Shown here one piece after another: positions 61,909 to 64,000 of a stretch of 64,000 nucleotides of DNA. This stretch comes from Pelagomonas calceolata (lineage: Eukaryota): contig CAKKNE010000003.1 in the NCBI GenBank assembly GCA_918797485.1, positions 1,488,001 through 1,552,000 on the forward strand, read 5' to 3'. Under the pieces are notes generated by a model. That model was not told the DNA's origin. It made no database searches and saw only the letters and a list, made by a program, of their open reading frames with translations. The translations under genes were made by a program, and so were the position numbers. Positions within the stretch are counted from its first letter, which is position 1; every line of letters starts with the position of its first letter.

Positions 61909-62733
61909 ATGGAGCTCGTGCACGCGTCTCCGTTAGTCAAGGGCGGCGACGGCCACGCCGACTGCAACATGGTCGACATCGGGGGCGGCAACGTGGTGGT
62001 GGACCGGCAGCCGCGCGCGCGGCAGGACCCCTTTGAGGAGCGGTTGTTGCAAGTCAGGCAGGAATTTGCGGCGCAGGAGCTGTGCGGCCTGGAGGCCCGG
62101 AACAACTACTTTATTACGTCGGCGATCGATGGAAGGCAGATGTTACATGCCGCGGAGGAGTCTGATTGTTTGGAACGGATCTTTTGCCGCCTGTGTCGGG
62201 GCCTGACGATGAACATCACGCTCAATGACAAGAATGGCCCGTCGCGCCTCAAATTAGTAAAGCACTGGCACTGGCCGCAGTGCCCCTGGCCGCTCTGGCT
62301 GCACCCCTTGGTTTGGTTTTATGTTTTACCTAGACAATGTCTCTGTCGCGACGACGCGGCGGAGTTTTCCGTGTATGACGGCGAGAAATTGATTGGGAGG
62401 GTGCGCGACAACGCGGCGTCGACCGTTCGATGCGTGGGCCGGGCTACTGTATTGGATAGCGCGGGCGCGTACGCCTTGCAACTCGGCCCCGTCGAGCACT
62501 GCTCCGGCGCCGTCTGCTGCCCCTGCGTCTGGGGCGAGCGCGTGCCCGTGCACGACGCTTCCGGTGCATCGGAATTGGCAGAGATCAACCGGCCGCCCCT
62601 GACCTGCGCCGAGCTCTGCGGCCACACGAACCGGTTCGTCGTCGACCTCGGAGGCGTCGGCGGCGAGTACCGCAAGCTCCTGCTCGCGGCGGGGCTCCTC
62701 TGGGACCTCACGCACTGGGAGGTGCAGGGGTAA
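61909..62733 (+). CDS. Phospholipid scramblase-like protein
   Basis: VRQE..ELCGLEARNNY, AAEESDCLERIFC..RGLTM, EL...NRFVVDL...RKLLLAAGLLWDL. Confidence 0.85.
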   Translation: MELVHASPLVKGGDGHADCNMVDIGGGNVVVDRQPRARQDPFEERLLQVRQEFAAQELCGLEARNNYFITSAIDGRQMLHAAEESDCLERIFCRLCRGLTMNITLNDKNGPSRLKLVKHWHWPQCPWPLWLHPLVWFYVLPRQCLCRDDAAEFSVYDGEKLIGRVRDNAASTVRCVGRATVLDSAGAYALQLGPVEHCSGAVCCPCVWGERVPVHDASGASELAEINRPPLTCAELCGHTNRFVVDLGGVGGEYRKLLLAAGLLWDLTHWEVQG

Positions 62734-62760
62734 CACTAACTATCATTGTATCACAACTTG

Positions 62761-63935
62761 TTAGGGAGCTACCTCTTCCTTCTCCGGCTTCGCCGCCGGC
62801 CGCACGACGTCCGACGCCTGCCGCGCCGCCGACGCGAGCGTCTCGCCGACGCCGCCCGCGCCGTGCGCGCGCTCCGCCGCTCTGTCGAGCACAGCTGCGG
62901 CGAAGCGCCGTCCCACGAGGCCCGCGCGGCGCGCCGTCTCCGGCGTCGCGACGCTGCGCAGGTCCACGTCCGACGTAGATAGCGCCTCGACGACCTTCTG
63001 AGGGTCGACAGAGCCCTCTCCATCCCCACTCACCAGGCCACCGATCTTCTCGGCGGCGCCCAGCACCTTGCGGTCGCGCTCGTCGGCCTTGACCAGCGGC
63101 GCCACGGCCTCCGCCAGGGCCGCGGCGGCCTCGACGCCACCGGTCAGAGGTAACAAAGCGGCGCGCGCGGGCCCAGGCAGGTTCCGCAGGCCCGCGATGG
63201 CCGACCGTAGCGGCCCGTCGTCGGCCTCGCCCGATAATTTGTGAGGCAACAAGGGCGTCGCGTCGATGGCGTCCGTGAGTGCGGCTCGCACGGAAGCATC
63301 TAGCAGGGACGCCGCCTCCTTGACGACCGTCTCTTGCACGAGGTTGCTATCCTCGGCGAACAACACGTCGGCGACCAGCTCGCGCTGCGCCTCTTGCGAG
63401 GCCTTGTCCGAGTCCGCCAGGACGACCTCCGTCGACGCGTCCGATAGACCCGCGCCGCTCGTCGCCGACGTGTACGACGCGAAGCCGTCGATCATCTCCT
63501 GCGTGGAAATCAACCAGTGCGTCGGGTGCACTAAGTCATTTCTCGGCGATGACGCGGCCGCCCTGGCTCTGTCGAGCGGTGAGGAACCGGCATCACCACG
63601 CCATCGAGCAGGCGTCGCGTCGATGGCGTGGAGGACGACGCGACGATTCAGCACGAACGCGCCGTAAAATTTTGATTTCCACACCGTCGCGGACCGAGAA
63701 CTTTTCCACGTCCACTCCATTGTTGGGGTCCTTGCCGTAGATCATCGCAGATAAAGCTGCGCGTGCCCTAGGCGAGTCATCTTTAAATAGGCGACGGGCT
63801 AAATACGGGTAGCACTCCTTCAATATCGCGTACGAGTCGTCCACCGACAACCCAATGCCCTCGAGCGTCGAGAAAGCCCTAACGACGTACAGCACCCACG
63901 TCGGTAATTGAAAGAGCTCCCGGTTCCGCCGCGAC
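62761..63935 (-). CDS. ABC1/UbiB atypical kinase (ABC1K), 3' part; exons 63935-63695 and 63498-62761; 5' end beyond the window
   Basis: LFQLPTWVLYVVRAFSTLEGIGL..YAILKECYPYLARRLF.DDSPRARAAL..MIYG. Confidence 0.85.
63499..63686. mobile_element. Introner element copy lacking a TSD; minus-strand intron 63499-63694 (GT-AG)
   Basis: Family body near-intact with a short internal deletion; flanks ATCATCTC and TCGCGGAC do not match; spliced VEKFS|EMIDGF. Confidence 0.85.
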
Positions 63936-64000
63936 CTGTGTGGAAATCAAAATTTACGGCGCGTTCGTGCTGAATCGTCGCGTCAACCTCTACGCCATCG
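63936..64000. mobile_element. Introner element copy truncated by the window edge
   Basis: CTGTGTGGAAATCAAAATTTACGGCGCGTTCGTGCTGAATC...; supplies the acceptor AG for the ABC1K exon. Confidence 0.9.

Noticed and set aside
13286..63895. Recurring ORF peptides such as CVEIKILRRVRAE, MWKSKFYGAFVLN and HPTHWLISTQ, suggesting a repeated protein domain
   Set aside because: They are translations of the introner in various frames and vanish when the introns are removed.
1..64000. Hundreds of long Arg/Ala/Pro-rich alternative-frame and antisense ORFs
   Set aside because: Expected from very high GC content; they shadow well-supported genes and show no family motifs.

Overview
GC-rich, gene-dense eukaryotic DNA from a photosynthetic stramenopile. 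The fucoxanthin-type LHC, bipartite plastid-targeting leaders and Aureococcus-type introner introns point to a pelagophyte such as Pelagomonas (inference). About 27 protein-coding genes are supported, including GPR107/108-like, Lin54/TSO1-like, ClpS, LHC, MAP3K, VPS13, FKBP, CDPK, Rad60-like, MAD2, Myb-BRCT, CDC20, ISOC, DeSI, MYND-RING-TPR, RluA-type, TLC, scramblase and ABC1K. Main signals: (1) Nine TIR-bounded introner transposons (CTGTGTGGAAATCAA...TTGATTTCCACACAG, 8-bp TSD) splice out exactly in either orientation, and a decay series runs down to ordinary-looking introns and intergenic relics. (2) An unexplained ~24-bp CTAG-bounded element (GCTAGTGTCTTACAGGCCGCTAGC) occurs about 12 times, only in spacers holding a gene 5' end. 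(3) A ~1918-aa single-pass receptor combines an extracellular JmjC/cupin domain with an intracellular MLKL-like four-helix bundle and an intact TKL kinase; a paralogous mosaic GPS-domain surface gene, broken at three junctions, lies 6 kb upstream. (4) Unusual fusions: Vta1-like MIT + CDPK, CRC + F-box, and Myb + BRCT. No rRNA, tRNA or CRISPR was seen. All domain calls are by-eye motif recognition, not database searches.
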